Assembly: GCA_019058245.1 (NCBI GenBank)
Contig: JAHPZJ010000024.1
Span: 30,036 to 94,035, forward strand
Reading direction: 5' to 3'
Length of the DNA stretch: 64,000 nucleotides
Origin: Promethearchaeota archaeon
GTDB lineage: Archaea; Asgardarchaeota; Lokiarchaeia; Sigyniarchaeales; SOKP01
The notes beneath the pieces are model-generated. The model ran no database searches, was not told where the DNA came from, and saw only the letters and a list, made by a program, of their open reading frames with translations. Positions 30,477 to 40,864 of the stretch are shown piece after piece. The first letter of the stretch is position 1; every line of letters starts with the position of its first letter. The position numbers were made by a program, and so were the translations under genes.

Positions 30477-30995
30477 CTAATATCTGCTAATGTTAATTAA
30501 TTGTTTTATAATTCTTTCAAATACTAATTCAACATTGTAACCCGTTTTCGCTGAAGTTTTGATATAATCTATCATATTAAAGGTGTTTTTTAGATTTATA
30601 GCACTTTCATCATCAACAGCAATTACATCGTCTAAATCTAATTTTGTTCCTACAAGAATAATTGGTAAATTAATATCATGCAATCGAGCAATATTTACCC
30701 ATTTTAAAATATCATTTATAACAGGCATTCGGGTTAAATCAAATAAAAGAAGTGCGGCTCGAGCGCCCATTACAAAATTTTCAAGAAGATATCTAAAGCG
30801 TTCTTGACCTCCTAAATCCCATAATTGAAGTAAGCAATGTGAATTATTAAAATTAATTTCTTTGGTAAAAAAGTCAACACCCACCGTCATAATTGAACTT
30901 TGATCGAACATTCCGTCGACATATCGTCTTAACAAAGATGTCTTTCCTACTGAGGCATTTCCTGCTACTAAAATTTTAAAAATATAGTTCTTCAT
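30477..30995 (-). CDS. Rab-like small GTPase
   Basis: GNASVGKTS, TVGVDF, WDLGGQERFR, TKLD, TSAK; no C-terminal Cys. Confidence 0.92.
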   Translation of the reverse strand: MKNYIFKILVAGNASVGKTSLLRRYVDGMFDQSSIMTVGVDFFTKEINFNNSHCLLQLWDLGGQERFRYLLENFVMGARAALLLFDLTRMPVINDILKWVNIARLHDINLPIILVGTKLDLDDVIAVDDESAINLKNTFNMIDYIKTSAKTGYNVELVFERIIKQLINISRY

Positions 30996-31070
30996 GTTTA
31001 AATGGGTATATAATATGAATGTAAACTCACATATTTATTTTAATACTTAAAATTATATTGAATTCAAATC

Positions 31071-33335
31071 TTAATTAATCTGTAATTCTTGCATCAATAT
31101 TTCATCAATTTCTTGTAAATGGGGTTTTAATATTTGATTTAATTGATTTTGGATTTTAAATTTAGTATAATTCATATTGTTTTTCTTGATAAAAGTATTA
31201 GTTGAATTTTTCGCAACTAATTGAATACTTTTGCCTAATTCTGCTAATCTATTATGAGATGGAGTCCTCCTATCAAATTTTTTAATTGGAAAATTTAGTG
31301 GAAGTTTAAAGATATGTCTTGAACTTTTTAAAATTTTTATTTGTTCTGTCATTAGATTAGAATTTAAGATAGCGGACAAATAATGAGCTTCTTCTATACT
31401 ATTTGTATCGAAGAAACTCAAGTCTCCTGTGACTAAGAAATTTCCTTTTATTACTGCCGCACTTAATATAGAACCTGAATTATTATAAACCACTTTTATT
31501 TTAGATTTCTGTCTTTCATTTATCAGTTTTGACCATCGATTCAAGTTATCCATTAAAGTTCTATGTTTGGTCGTGGCTTTTTTATTTTCTTTGTATACTT
31601 GGTTGATTTTATCATAGAAGAGTTTTGCATGGTATTTTAAATCATTATATATAAATTTTAAATCAGATTTTCTAAGTGGTAAAAAAACATTATAGAAGTT
31701 GTAAACATGGAACTTTACTAACTCAGTACTTTTAATGACTTTAAATAAATATTCTTTTTCTAGAATTACATCTTTAAATTCGTTTTTATTCCAAGGTGCT
31801 TTAGCTCTCTTAAAAATTCTCATATCGGGATTAATTTTTATTAAACCATCAGATAGATTCTCAACTTTAACAAATATTAGATTTCGTGGGTTTAAATCTG
31901 CTCCCTTATGAAAAAGTGTTTTATAATGACTTTCTTTTATGGTTAATAAATTCTTAATTTCTTTTTCTGAGAGAATTTTTGATACATAGGCTTTCCCACC
32001 TTTTTTTTCAATTGAATATGGCAATAGAGGAATTTTCTTGTCCAGTTTTAATTTTAGCGGCATAAAATAGTCTACAAATTTAAAATCTTTATTTATTATG
32101 TAATGATATGACATAATTTTATTATCCCCATTTTCAAAATTCTCTTCTGTTTTTACTCCAAATAAACAAATAAAGTCAATTTTAAACACATTTTCTATTT
32201 TTTTATCAAATGTCCAAATTTTTATATTTGAAAATCCTTTAAAATTACGGAATCTAGAAGCATGAGAACCAGTAATAACTCCTTTCGTTATGACAAAAAA
32301 AATTTTAGCACCATCTTTCATAAATAATTTTCGAGCATTTGCAAAAAATAAGGTTGATATTTCTAGATTTAGAAGATTTTTAGGTAAGGGTTTTATTTCT
32401 AATTCTTCTGCTAGCCTTTTAACTTTCTCTTGAGATGAAGTAGAATCAATATCTCGATATGTATACCAAGGTGGATTTCCTATTACTAGATCAAATGTGT
32501 CTTTCAGATTATTTTTCATTTGAAAAAGTGAATCCGCGACTTTTAAATTTAACTTAATATGCGGAATCGTATCTTTTAATAAATACAAGAAGTTAATTTT
32601 AGTTAAGAAAATAGAAATTGGATTTATATCATAACCAAAAATTCTATTTATTGCATTAATTTTATTTTCCTTTGATTCATTTCGAGATTTAATATTTTTT
32701 ATAATAGCAATTAGAAAATTACCAGTACCACAACATGGATCAATAACAAATTCACCAAAAGAATAAGATTCTCTAACCATTTGTTCAGCCAAAAAAGGAG
32801 GGGTATAATATTCTCCAGAATTATGTCTTGTAAGCGGAGAAATTATTTTTTGAATTAAATAATCAAATATATATTCGGGTTTTAAACTTAATTGAAGGAT
32901 ATATTCAAATACACTCTGAACTAGTTCATAAAAAACAGTTAAATCTTGTTGTTCTGATTCTGATAATAATATAAGCGGATTAAAATATCTAAAAGAAAAA
33001 ACTGAATAGTTATTGCAACTTAAATTAACCTTATCTTCAATTTTTCTAAAAGATTCTCTATTAATTTTGCGATTATTGAATAGATTTTGATTTTTTAGGA
33101 TAAACCAATAAATAAAAATATAACCTATAAGATAGATTAAAGCTGAAATTATATATAGCTGAAGTGTAGTTTGTTTTTTACCGTATATCTTTATAAAATC
33201 TTTCCTCCATAGCTTAAATTCTTCTTTCTCGAATATTTCATTTTCTCTTAAAATATCTTCAATTTTTTTCAGATTTTCAGTTATAAAATTGAAATCTAAG
33301 CCATTATTTTCTTTTGGACTCAGTATAAACGCCAA
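31071..33335 (-). CDS. N6-adenine DNA methyltransferase (type IIG/Eco57I-like)
   Basis: GEYYTP, DPCCGTGNF, GNPPW; C-terminal target-recognition-like region. Confidence 0.88.
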   Translation of the reverse strand: MAFILSPKENNGLDFNFITENLKKIEDILRENEIFEKEEFKLWRKDFIKIYGKKQTTLQLYIISALIYLIGYIFIYWFILKNQNLFNNRKINRESFRKIEDKVNLSCNNYSVFSFRYFNPLILLSESEQQDLTVFYELVQSVFEYILQLSLKPEYIFDYLIQKIISPLTRHNSGEYYTPPFLAEQMVRESYSFGEFVIDPCCGTGNFLIAIIKNIKSRNESKENKINAINRIFGYDINPISIFLTKINFLYLLKDTIPHIKLNLKVADSLFQMKNNLKDTFDLVIGNPPWYTYRDIDSTSSQEKVKRLAEELEIKPLPKNLLNLEISTLFFANARKLFMKDGAKIFFVITKGVITGSHASRFRNFKGFSNIKIWTFDKKIENVFKIDFICLFGVKTEENFENGDNKIMSYHYIINKDFKFVDYFMPLKLKLDKKIPLLPYSIEKKGGKAYVSKILSEKEIKNLLTIKESHYKTLFHKGADLNPRNLIFVKVENLSDGLIKINPDMRIFKRAKAPWNKNEFKDVILEKEYLFKVIKSTELVKFHVYNFYNVFLPLRKSDLKFIYNDLKYHAKLFYDKINQVYKENKKATTKHRTLMDNLNRWSKLINERQKSKIKVVYNNSGSILSAAVIKGNFLVTGDLSFFDTNSIEEAHYLSAILNSNLMTEQIKILKSSRHIFKLPLNFPIKKFDRRTPSHNRLAELGKSIQLVAKNSTNTFIKKNNMNYTKFKIQNQLNQILKPHLQEIDEILMQELQIN

Positions 33336-33450
33336 AAATTCATACTCCTTTTTCTTTTTTGCCTAACATAATCAATGAATTAATATTTAAATATTAATTA
33401 AATATTTGTATATTAATTATTAAACCTAAAAATATACGAATAATTACACC

Positions 33451-34044
33451 TTGACATCAATAGATATAAAAATTTCAAAAAAACTTGAGAATGGAATTGA
33501 ATTTACGTGTCAAATGTGCGGTAAATGTTGTCGAGGCTTCAATGAAGGAGAAGTTTATTTGTATAAAGATGATATTCTCAGATTAACTAAATTCTTTAGA
33601 ATTAAGGGGAAAAAAGGTTTAAGTGATTTTGCTGATAAATATTTTAAACTTGTTGATGATTCTTTTTTCTGGAAAGAACCAGGTGCACAGAGAGGAAAAA
33701 CTTATCACTACAAAACAATTGGATATAAGTTTACAGGAGAAGATGAAAATTGTCATTTTCTTGTAAATAATAAATGTAGTGTTCACAAAGCTCGACCTTT
33801 CCAGTGTAGATCATTTCCATTTTGGCAAATGATGGTATCAAGTAGAAAAAATTTTGAGGATTATACCAGAAAATGTAAAGGTTTACAAACTCTAAAAGGA
33901 AAATTTTATACAAAAGAAGAAATCTTAGATTGGGCAAAAAAAGAATATGAAATTGAGAAGAAATATTTTCTAGAGATGAAGAAAAATAAATTTAATATTC
34001 TAAAAATATATCCTTTTCTATCAAAAAAAAACCTTCAAGAGTAG
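33451..34044 (+). CDS. YkgJ-family cysteine-cluster protein
   Basis: FTCQMCGKCC, CHFL, CSVHKARPFQCRSFPFW. Confidence 0.9.
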   Translation: MTSIDIKISKKLENGIEFTCQMCGKCCRGFNEGEVYLYKDDILRLTKFFRIKGKKGLSDFADKYFKLVDDSFFWKEPGAQRGKTYHYKTIGYKFTGEDENCHFLVNNKCSVHKARPFQCRSFPFWQMMVSSRKNFEDYTRKCKGLQTLKGKFYTKEEILDWAKKEYEIEKKYFLEMKKNKFNILKIYPFLSKKNLQE

Positions 34045-34052
34045 AAACAATT

Positions 34053-34427
34053 ATGCCAAATGGATTAATAGTTATGAAATATGATGAACGGAGTGGCTTA
34101 GAAATATTGGCTAAATATCCTGAGGAAAAAGTGGATATCTCAAATAACACTCTAATGCATATTCTAAATTTGCATGAATTCAGTAATCAACCTGGTATTA
34201 CAAGTTTAACTTTACAAAATATAAATTTTGTAACTTATTATTCTGGTTTTGAAATGAATTATTTTTTTGTTTTAATGTTAACCATGCTCGAGGACCCTGA
34301 AGATTATGAAATGATTCTAGAAAGAATTTCAAAAATAATTTTAGAAAATTTAGAGGAAAATAAGTATATAGAGATGATACCTTCCCTTTTTAAACAAATT
34401 TTAGATTACCCTAAAAATAAAGATTAA
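34053..34427 (+). CDS. Stand-alone longin/uDENN-like protein
   Basis: GLIVMKYDERSGLEILAKYP, then helix, three strands and two helices. Confidence 0.65.
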   Translation: MPNGLIVMKYDERSGLEILAKYPEEKVDISNNTLMHILNLHEFSNQPGITSLTLQNINFVTYYSGFEMNYFFVLMLTMLEDPEDYEMILERISKIILENLEENKYIEMIPSLFKQILDYPKNKD

Positions 34428-34546
34428 TCAAAATCATTTTTCAGTTTTTAGATTGATTTCTTTCTTGATTTTTAAATATGACTTAATAATTTATGTTAAT
34501 TTAATAGATTTTAAAAATAAAAAAAAAAATGGATTAAATTTAAAAA

Positions 34547-35182
34547 TTAAAAAGCGAATAGAATTAATACCCATGCTATCATAAGGATATATCCTCCAAA
34601 ACCACCAAAAATATATCCAGTTACAAGTGGGGATACCCATGTAAATATTACAAATGCTATCGCTAGAACAGTCCACCATTCCATCGGTATTTTTATATCA
34701 AATAAATCTAATACCAGAATTAAAAGAATTATTAATAATATTAAACCAATAACTCCTGGTCCAATTCCTGCATTACTAAGAAACAGACACATAATACTAT
34801 CATAGAGAGATAGGGCAATACCAACTAATAACATAAGTTTGGAAGCTTTAAATTCTTTCTTTTCACAGATCAATTCTACAATAACAGCTAATATAAGCAA
34901 AAATCCCGTAAAGAATTGTATAAAGACGTTCTGAAGGAATGAGAATAATATTAGTATCACACCAAGAATGAGAAAAATCCACCAATAATATGGTAATTCC
35001 ACTGGTTTTGTACTTACAAAAGATAATGAGATAAAGATAATTACAATAAAAATTATCTCAAAAATCCCATAGAGAATTCCTATTCCACCCGATCCTAAGT
35101 AACGTACAGCTTCCCACAACATAAATAGCATTGCGATAAATAAAATTACTTTTGGGGCACTATTTTCGTTGCTTTCACTCAT
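34547..35182 (-). CDS. Membrane protein built from an internal tandem duplication
   Basis: Two ~100-aa hydrophobic halves sharing LPYYWW/IPMEWW. Confidence 0.8.
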   Translation of the reverse strand: MSESNENSAPKVILFIAMLFMLWEAVRYLGSGGIGILYGIFEIIFIVIIFISLSFVSTKPVELPYYWWIFLILGVILILFSFLQNVFIQFFTGFLLILAVIVELICEKKEFKASKLMLLVGIALSLYDSIMCLFLSNAGIGPGVIGLILLIILLILVLDLFDIKIPMEWWTVLAIAFVIFTWVSPLVTGYIFGGFGGYILMIAWVLILFAF

Positions 35183-35558
35183 TTAAGATCACTTCTTTTT
35201 ATTTTAAGAGTTGAATTAATAGTTTTCTTTTAAATTAAAACTGGATTTAAATTATTTTACCCTCTTTAAAAAGGTTTACATATGTATTATTAGATGATTA
35301 ATAGGATTAGTCTCTCTAATCAATATAAATGAATGATAATTCACAAATATCTTTATTCTTAGTATCTCTCATCTATTATTATATATCATGATAATAGGAA
35401 AATAAAACTTAGAATAGATATTCGATAGTATTAAATTGAAGTATTTTTATTTCTTTAAATCATAAAATACTATTTTTATTTTCAAATTACAAAAAATAAT
35501 CTCAATAATTATTAGAATATCAAATTTATATTAATTAAGGAATAATATTGATTATTAT

Positions 35559-37970
35559 TTGATTAGAGGAATAGAATTGAGAATTGGTTTATTTATTTGT
35601 GATTGTGGGAAGAATATCAGCGGAGTCATAGACAATAGTGTATTGATTAAGCATTTTGAGAAATATAATGATTTGCATGTATTTAGAAATCAGTATTTGT
35701 GTTCTGAATCAGGATTAAATAAAATTATAGAAGAAATTAAAGAAAAGAAAATTGATCGCGTGGTAATTGCTGCTTGTTCGTTTAAGTTACATGGCTTACT
35801 ATTTCGTAAAACTATTGAAAAAGCAGGAATTAACCGATTTTTAATATCTTTTGCTAATATACGAGAACAAAATTCATGGGTCCATTATGATAATCCACAA
35901 AAAGCTACAAAAAAAGCAATTGATCAAATTAATATGGCAATTCAACAAGTTAAGCTTCTGGAACCATTAGAAATGCAATATTCAGACATAACACCTTCGG
36001 TTTTAATAATTGGAGGGGGGATCGCTGGAATAAAAGCTGCGCTTGCAATTGCAGATACTGGTAATAGAGTATATTTAGTCGAAAAAGAAGCTACAATAGG
36101 GGGACACATGGCTCTGTTTGATAAGACTTTTCCCACACTTGATTGTTCAATATGTATTCTTGGGCCCTTGATGACAGAAGTTAACAATCATCCTAATATT
36201 GAACTATTAACATATTCTAATGTAGAGAATGTTGAGGGATATATAGGAAATTTCGATGTATCTATAAAGAAAAATCCTCGATTTATAAAAGAAGAAAATT
36301 GTGTAGGATGTTTTGATATCTGCAGAGATGTATGCCCAATCGAGATTGAAGATACATTTTTTCCAAGGAAAGCTATAGATATTCCATATCCTCAAGCAAT
36401 ACCCTTATATCCAAATATTTTGGAAGATTATTGTATAGGATGCAAAGCATGTGCTCAAGCTTGCGGAGAAAGAGATGCTATAGATTTTGAACAAAAAATT
36501 GAATTTATTAATATTAAAGTGGGGTCAATAATAGTTGCAACAGGCTTAAAAACATTTGATCCTTCAATGTTAGCGGAATATAGCTATGAAAAATACCCTG
36601 ACGTCATAACAACTATGCAAATGGAGAGATTACTAAATAATGATGGTCCAACTCATGGTAAATTAGTTAGACCTTCTGATGGGCAAGTACCTAAAAAAGT
36701 ATCTTTTATTTTATGTGTTGGTTCTCGTAATAAAAAAATTCATCATGAATATTGTAGTCAAGTATGCTGCAATGTAGCTATTAAACAAGCAGTCTTGATA
36801 AAGAAAGATAATCCAGAAATCTCAATTAATATTTATTACACAGATATTAGAGCTGTAGGTAAAAATTGTGAGGAATTTTATAATAGAGCACGAGAAACTT
36901 TTGGTATACGTTTTATAAAGAGTAATATCTCTGCAATATTAAAAAACGATACTTCAAATGAACTAATAGTTCGCGGCGAAGATATAATTGAAGATTCTAT
37001 ATTTGAGAACAAAACGGATTTAGTTGTTTTAGCAGTAGGTATAGAACCAGCTGAAGGAACAGATGAATTAAGTAATATATTAAACATATCTCAAGATCCT
37101 AATGGGTTTCTATTAGAACGCCATCTTAAAATTAGACCTTCTGAAACACTTGTAAGTGGAATCTACTTAGCTGGCGCAATCCAAGGGCCAAAAGATATAC
37201 CTTCTAGTATTGCTCAAGCAGAAAGTGCAGCCGCTAAAGCATTAGCATTAATTTCTCGTAAAAAAGTCGAGTTAGATCCTCATATAGTCCATTTCAATAA
37301 AGAAAAATGTACTCTTTGCAGATTATGTGAAAATATATGCGAATATAATGCTTTAAAAATTGAAAAAAATGAACTAAAGATTATCCAAGCAAATTGTTCT
37401 GGATGTGGTGCTTGTGTAGCAATGTGTCCTTACGATGCCCTCTTTATTCCAGGATTTCGTAAAAATCAAATTTCAGCCCAATTACAAATTATGCTAAAAG
37501 AAAAGACAGAATCACCATTAATAGTAGCATTTTTATGTAACTGGTGTTCATATGTGGGAGCAGATTTAGCAGGAACAAGTAAGATTATTTATCCAACTAA
37601 TGTAAGAACTATTCATGTTATGTGCACGGCTATGCTTAATCCATCCTTAATATTCGAAAGTTTCTTCTATGGTGCTGATGGCGTTTTAATAGCCGGATGT
37701 CATCCTCAAGATTGCCATTATGATACTGGATTTATAAAAGCAGAAACCAGGTATGAAAGTATAAGGGAAATGTTAACAGAAGCAAATATTAATAAAAATC
37801 GTTTAAAAATTATAAGTATATCCGCTGGAGAAGGAGATAAATATGCAAATACAATAAAGGAATTCAAAGAGGAATTAGCTAATTTAGGTCCAATTCAACC
37901 CAATGAATATATAAAACCTACTCCGAGCAGAAAAAAATTTAAAGATAAAGCTAGATTAGATGAAATTTAA
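35559..37970 (+). CDS. hdrA: HdrA-MvhD fusion (heterodisulfide reductase A with hydrogenase delta subunit)
   Basis: CDCG, IGGGIAG, DKTFPTLDCSICIL, CVGSR, CSQVCC, ferredoxin motifs; C-terminal FLCNWCSYVGADLAG and GCHPQDCHY. Confidence 0.93.
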   Translation: MIRGIELRIGLFICDCGKNISGVIDNSVLIKHFEKYNDLHVFRNQYLCSESGLNKIIEEIKEKKIDRVVIAACSFKLHGLLFRKTIEKAGINRFLISFANIREQNSWVHYDNPQKATKKAIDQINMAIQQVKLLEPLEMQYSDITPSVLIIGGGIAGIKAALAIADTGNRVYLVEKEATIGGHMALFDKTFPTLDCSICILGPLMTEVNNHPNIELLTYSNVENVEGYIGNFDVSIKKNPRFIKEENCVGCFDICRDVCPIEIEDTFFPRKAIDIPYPQAIPLYPNILEDYCIGCKACAQACGERDAIDFEQKIEFINIKVGSIIVATGLKTFDPSMLAEYSYEKYPDVITTMQMERLLNNDGPTHGKLVRPSDGQVPKKVSFILCVGSRNKKIHHEYCSQVCCNVAIKQAVLIKKDNPEISINIYYTDIRAVGKNCEEFYNRARETFGIRFIKSNISAILKNDTSNELIVRGEDIIEDSIFENKTDLVVLAVGIEPAEGTDELSNILNISQDPNGFLLERHLKIRPSETLVSGIYLAGAIQGPKDIPSSIAQAESAAAKALALISRKKVELDPHIVHFNKEKCTLCRLCENICEYNALKIEKNELKIIQANCSGCGACVAMCPYDALFIPGFRKNQISAQLQIMLKEKTESPLIVAFLCNWCSYVGADLAGTSKIIYPTNVRTIHVMCTAMLNPSLIFESFFYGADGVLIAGCHPQDCHYDTGFIKAETRYESIREMLTEANINKNRLKIISISAGEGDKYANTIKEFKEELANLGPIQPNEYIKPTPSRKKFKDKARLDEI

Positions 37971-38122
37971 GAAATATTCGCTTAGAGCTTTATTAGAAAT
38001 CCATTTCTGCTTGAAATAAGTGAATTGCTTTATATAATAATTTCTCTTATAAAGCTTATTAATAGATCCTTTCTATTATAATATTATACGCGATTTTTGA
38101 TCTAAATTTTTAATTAAAAAGG

Positions 38123-39415
38123 TTGAAAATGAGAATACGTTCGCTTACTTTTGGGCAGATAATTCCTTTCTTATATAAGAATGAAAGCATTTTATCATTT
38201 TTACAAAATAGACTGGAAAATTTCTCTTCTTTTGCTGATGAGCTTAGTAGTGAGTGTGATAATATAGGGATTAAAATTGATACTAGAAGATTTTGCTCCC
38301 AACCATTATTTGATTATGATAATAAGTTATTTTATGAAAAAAACCTAAAAGAAACCTTGGAAGATATAAATAATCAATTATCTTTTTTGCAAGAGATATT
38401 TAAGGATTATGGATTTGATTATTTTGCTTGTTGTATGATGTTAGCCTCCACATTTAAAGAAATGGGCATTTTTGAGAAATTATTACTAAATGAAGTTCCT
38501 AATTTTATTAAAAATCATGATCATTTTTTTACATCATTACCAGTAGCATCAACTAGTAATGGTATTAACATAATAGCTTTAAAATCAGGAGTAAAAATAA
38601 TTAAGAAATTAAGTTCACCTGATCCTTTTAAAAACTTGCAATTTTGCGTGTCTGCTAACGTAGATCCAAATGTTCCTTTTTTTCCCGCAGCCTATCACTT
38701 TTCTGAAAAGCCTGCTTTTTCTATAGCTTTAGAAATGGCGGATGAAGTAATAAAGGCAGTTGAAGAATCGAAGACATTAGAAAGTGCCCAGTTAAATATG
38801 TTAGCTAGATTCAATGAAATTTATGATAATTTATCAAAAATTGTAGAAAAAGTTAGTAAAAACTTCAGTATTGAATTTAAAGGAATAGATTTTTCTCCTG
38901 CTCCTTACCCTTTAGCTGATAAGAGCATTGGAACCGCAATTGAGAAATTAGGAATTGAATACTTTGGAGCCAACGGAACTTTAACAGGAGTAGCTTTAAT
39001 AAAAAATTCTATACCAGTTGATAAGGAAAAAGTAATTGGTTTTTCAGGGTTTATGCAACCTGTATTAGAAGATTATGTTTTATCAAAAAGACTGTCTGAA
39101 AATAAATTCAATTTAGATTCACTTTTATTGTATTCTACTATGTGTGGTACTGGTCTAGATGTTGTTCCACTTCCTGGTGATATTACTGAAAGAGAATTAT
39201 TTTATATCTTACTTGATTTATGCACTTTATCTGTGAGATTGAATAAACCATTAACTTGTAGACTTATGCCGATACCAGGAAAAAATTCTGGTGATGATAT
39301 TAACTTTGATTTTGAATATTTTTCTTCTTCTAAAATTATTGATTTTAGAAGAATAAAGGGTATTATTAAAAATGATTTATTTAATCGAAATGAGAAATAT
39401 TTGAAATTTCTGTAA
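38123..39415 (+). CDS. DUF711 (UPF0210)-like protein
   Basis: PFFPAAYH, GIDFSPAP, GFSGFMQPVLED, CGTGLDVVPLPGD. Confidence 0.85.
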   Translation: MKMRIRSLTFGQIIPFLYKNESILSFLQNRLENFSSFADELSSECDNIGIKIDTRRFCSQPLFDYDNKLFYEKNLKETLEDINNQLSFLQEIFKDYGFDYFACCMMLASTFKEMGIFEKLLLNEVPNFIKNHDHFFTSLPVASTSNGINIIALKSGVKIIKKLSSPDPFKNLQFCVSANVDPNVPFFPAAYHFSEKPAFSIALEMADEVIKAVEESKTLESAQLNMLARFNEIYDNLSKIVEKVSKNFSIEFKGIDFSPAPYPLADKSIGTAIEKLGIEYFGANGTLTGVALIKNSIPVDKEKVIGFSGFMQPVLEDYVLSKRLSENKFNLDSLLLYSTMCGTGLDVVPLPGDITERELFYILLDLCTLSVRLNKPLTCRLMPIPGKNSGDDINFDFEYFSSSKIIDFRRIKGIIKNDLFNRNEKYLKFL

Positions 39416-39484
39416 TAAGATTTTTTAGAGAGAATAACTAATTATATTCTTGAAAAGATTCAAAACAACACTATTATTATTTAT

Positions 39485-39940
39485 ATGCACGAAAAAAAGA
39501 AAAACAATCCCCTAAGATTTTTCAATGAAGCAATTGAATATATTGATAAATTCGATACTTCAGAAATAAATATTGAAGAAAATACAGTTACCTTAGAAAT
39601 TGGAGATAATAATTCAAACTTTCTAAGAGATGAGATGTTAAACGAATTAGACAATTTAAGGAATATTATTAAAAATAATCCAGATATAAAGATACAAGCT
39701 TTAACTAAAGCTGAAAAACAATTATTTCAGGAATTTATGAAATTCTATTCAAAGTGCCCTATTTGTGGAAATTTAAACCATTTCTTCAATTTAAAATGTG
39801 CATATTTTGATGAAAATAAAAAAATATTAGTCAAAGAATTGTTAAGATTAATGACTATAAATAGTATAAAATTAAATAAGTTTAATTTACGATTAGGTAT
39901 CCCCTGCTGTAAATGTTATAAGAATTTCTATGAAAAATGA
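39485..39940 (+). CDS. Hypothetical zinc-binding protein
   Basis: CPICG...GIPCCKCY. Confidence 0.75.
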   Translation: MHEKKKNNPLRFFNEAIEYIDKFDTSEINIEENTVTLEIGDNNSNFLRDEMLNELDNLRNIIKNNPDIKIQALTKAEKQLFQEFMKFYSKCPICGNLNHFFNLKCAYFDENKKILVKELLRLMTINSIKLNKFNLRLGIPCCKCYKNFYEK

Positions 39941-39956
39941 CTAATAATAATTTGAT

Positions 39957-40295
39957 TTATCCTAAGTAATCAATTACTTTACCACTCTGAGTTATTTCAT
40001 AAACGATTTCTTCATCAATTTCACTTTTAACAGAGTTAATACAAAAAGCTTTAATTAAATAATCGATATTATAATCAAACATAGATATGTCCTCAATTAT
40101 TTTTTCATTAAGAAGGTGATTCAACAGATCCTTTTTTGAAATTCGCTTTTCATTGTTAATAACTGTTAAAATCTTCCTACGTATGGGATTATTAACAGCT
40201 CTTAAATATAAAGAATGTAAATAATTTGTTCCTTCGATAGTTTTGCTATACTCTTCTATTGATTTATACTTCTTGAAATCAAACTCATCAGGCAT
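39957..40295 (-). CDS. ArsR-like winged-helix protein
   Basis: AVNNPIRRKIL ... YEITQSG. Confidence 0.8.
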   Translation of the reverse strand: MPDEFDFKKYKSIEEYSKTIEGTNYLHSLYLRAVNNPIRRKILTVINNEKRISKKDLLNHLLNEKIIEDISMFDYNIDYLIKAFCINSVKSEIDEEIVYEITQSGKVIDYLG

Positions 40296-40444
40296 ATTTA
40301 AGAAAAAGAATAAAGAAAGAAAAAGATTGTGTATAGATCAGATTGATTTGAATTCTAAAACTGAAATTAAAGGTACTTTAAATATTTAAAATTAAAGTAA
40401 ATTATTAGAAAGGAACCTAAAATGATTTCTTCATTGGGAATATA

Positions 40445-40729
40445 ATGGAAAAGGTTAAAGCTGAAAGAAATTCTAATATAGACTCTTTCAAAAATAATGA
40501 GAAAGTAGCAGAAAAAATTGATAGTTTATGGGGAGTAAAAAAAACCCATTATAGAAATAATAAATTTGAATCTAGAAAAATAATTCTGAAATTCGAAACA
40601 AATGGGATAAAAAAGAGAAAATTTGCTCTAAAAATGAAAAATGAAAGCCAAAATAGTCATTTTAATAATTTCTCTCTTATTTCTGAATTAATAAAAGAAT
40701 TTTTTAATAGTTCTTCTAATCTTGAATAA
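40445..40729 (+). CDS. Hypothetical protein
   Basis: 94-aa ORF in a gap; no motif. Confidence 0.5.
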   Translation: MEKVKAERNSNIDSFKNNEKVAEKIDSLWGVKKTHYRNNKFESRKIILKFETNGIKKRKFALKMKNESQNSHFNNFSLISELIKEFFNSSSNLE

Positions 40730-40864
40730 TTAAATATGATTTTTATTCATAATATCTTATCTAAAAATGAAAGTTTTACAGAGAAATTATAAGTAAAATA
40801 TTTTATTATAGGACTCTTATTTCTTCATTAATTTTAATTCAAATGCAAAATTGATGAAATAAAA

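Noticed and set aside
34474-34501. dif-like TTATGTTAAT half-site
   Set aside because: No matching inverted left arm at 6-bp spacing.
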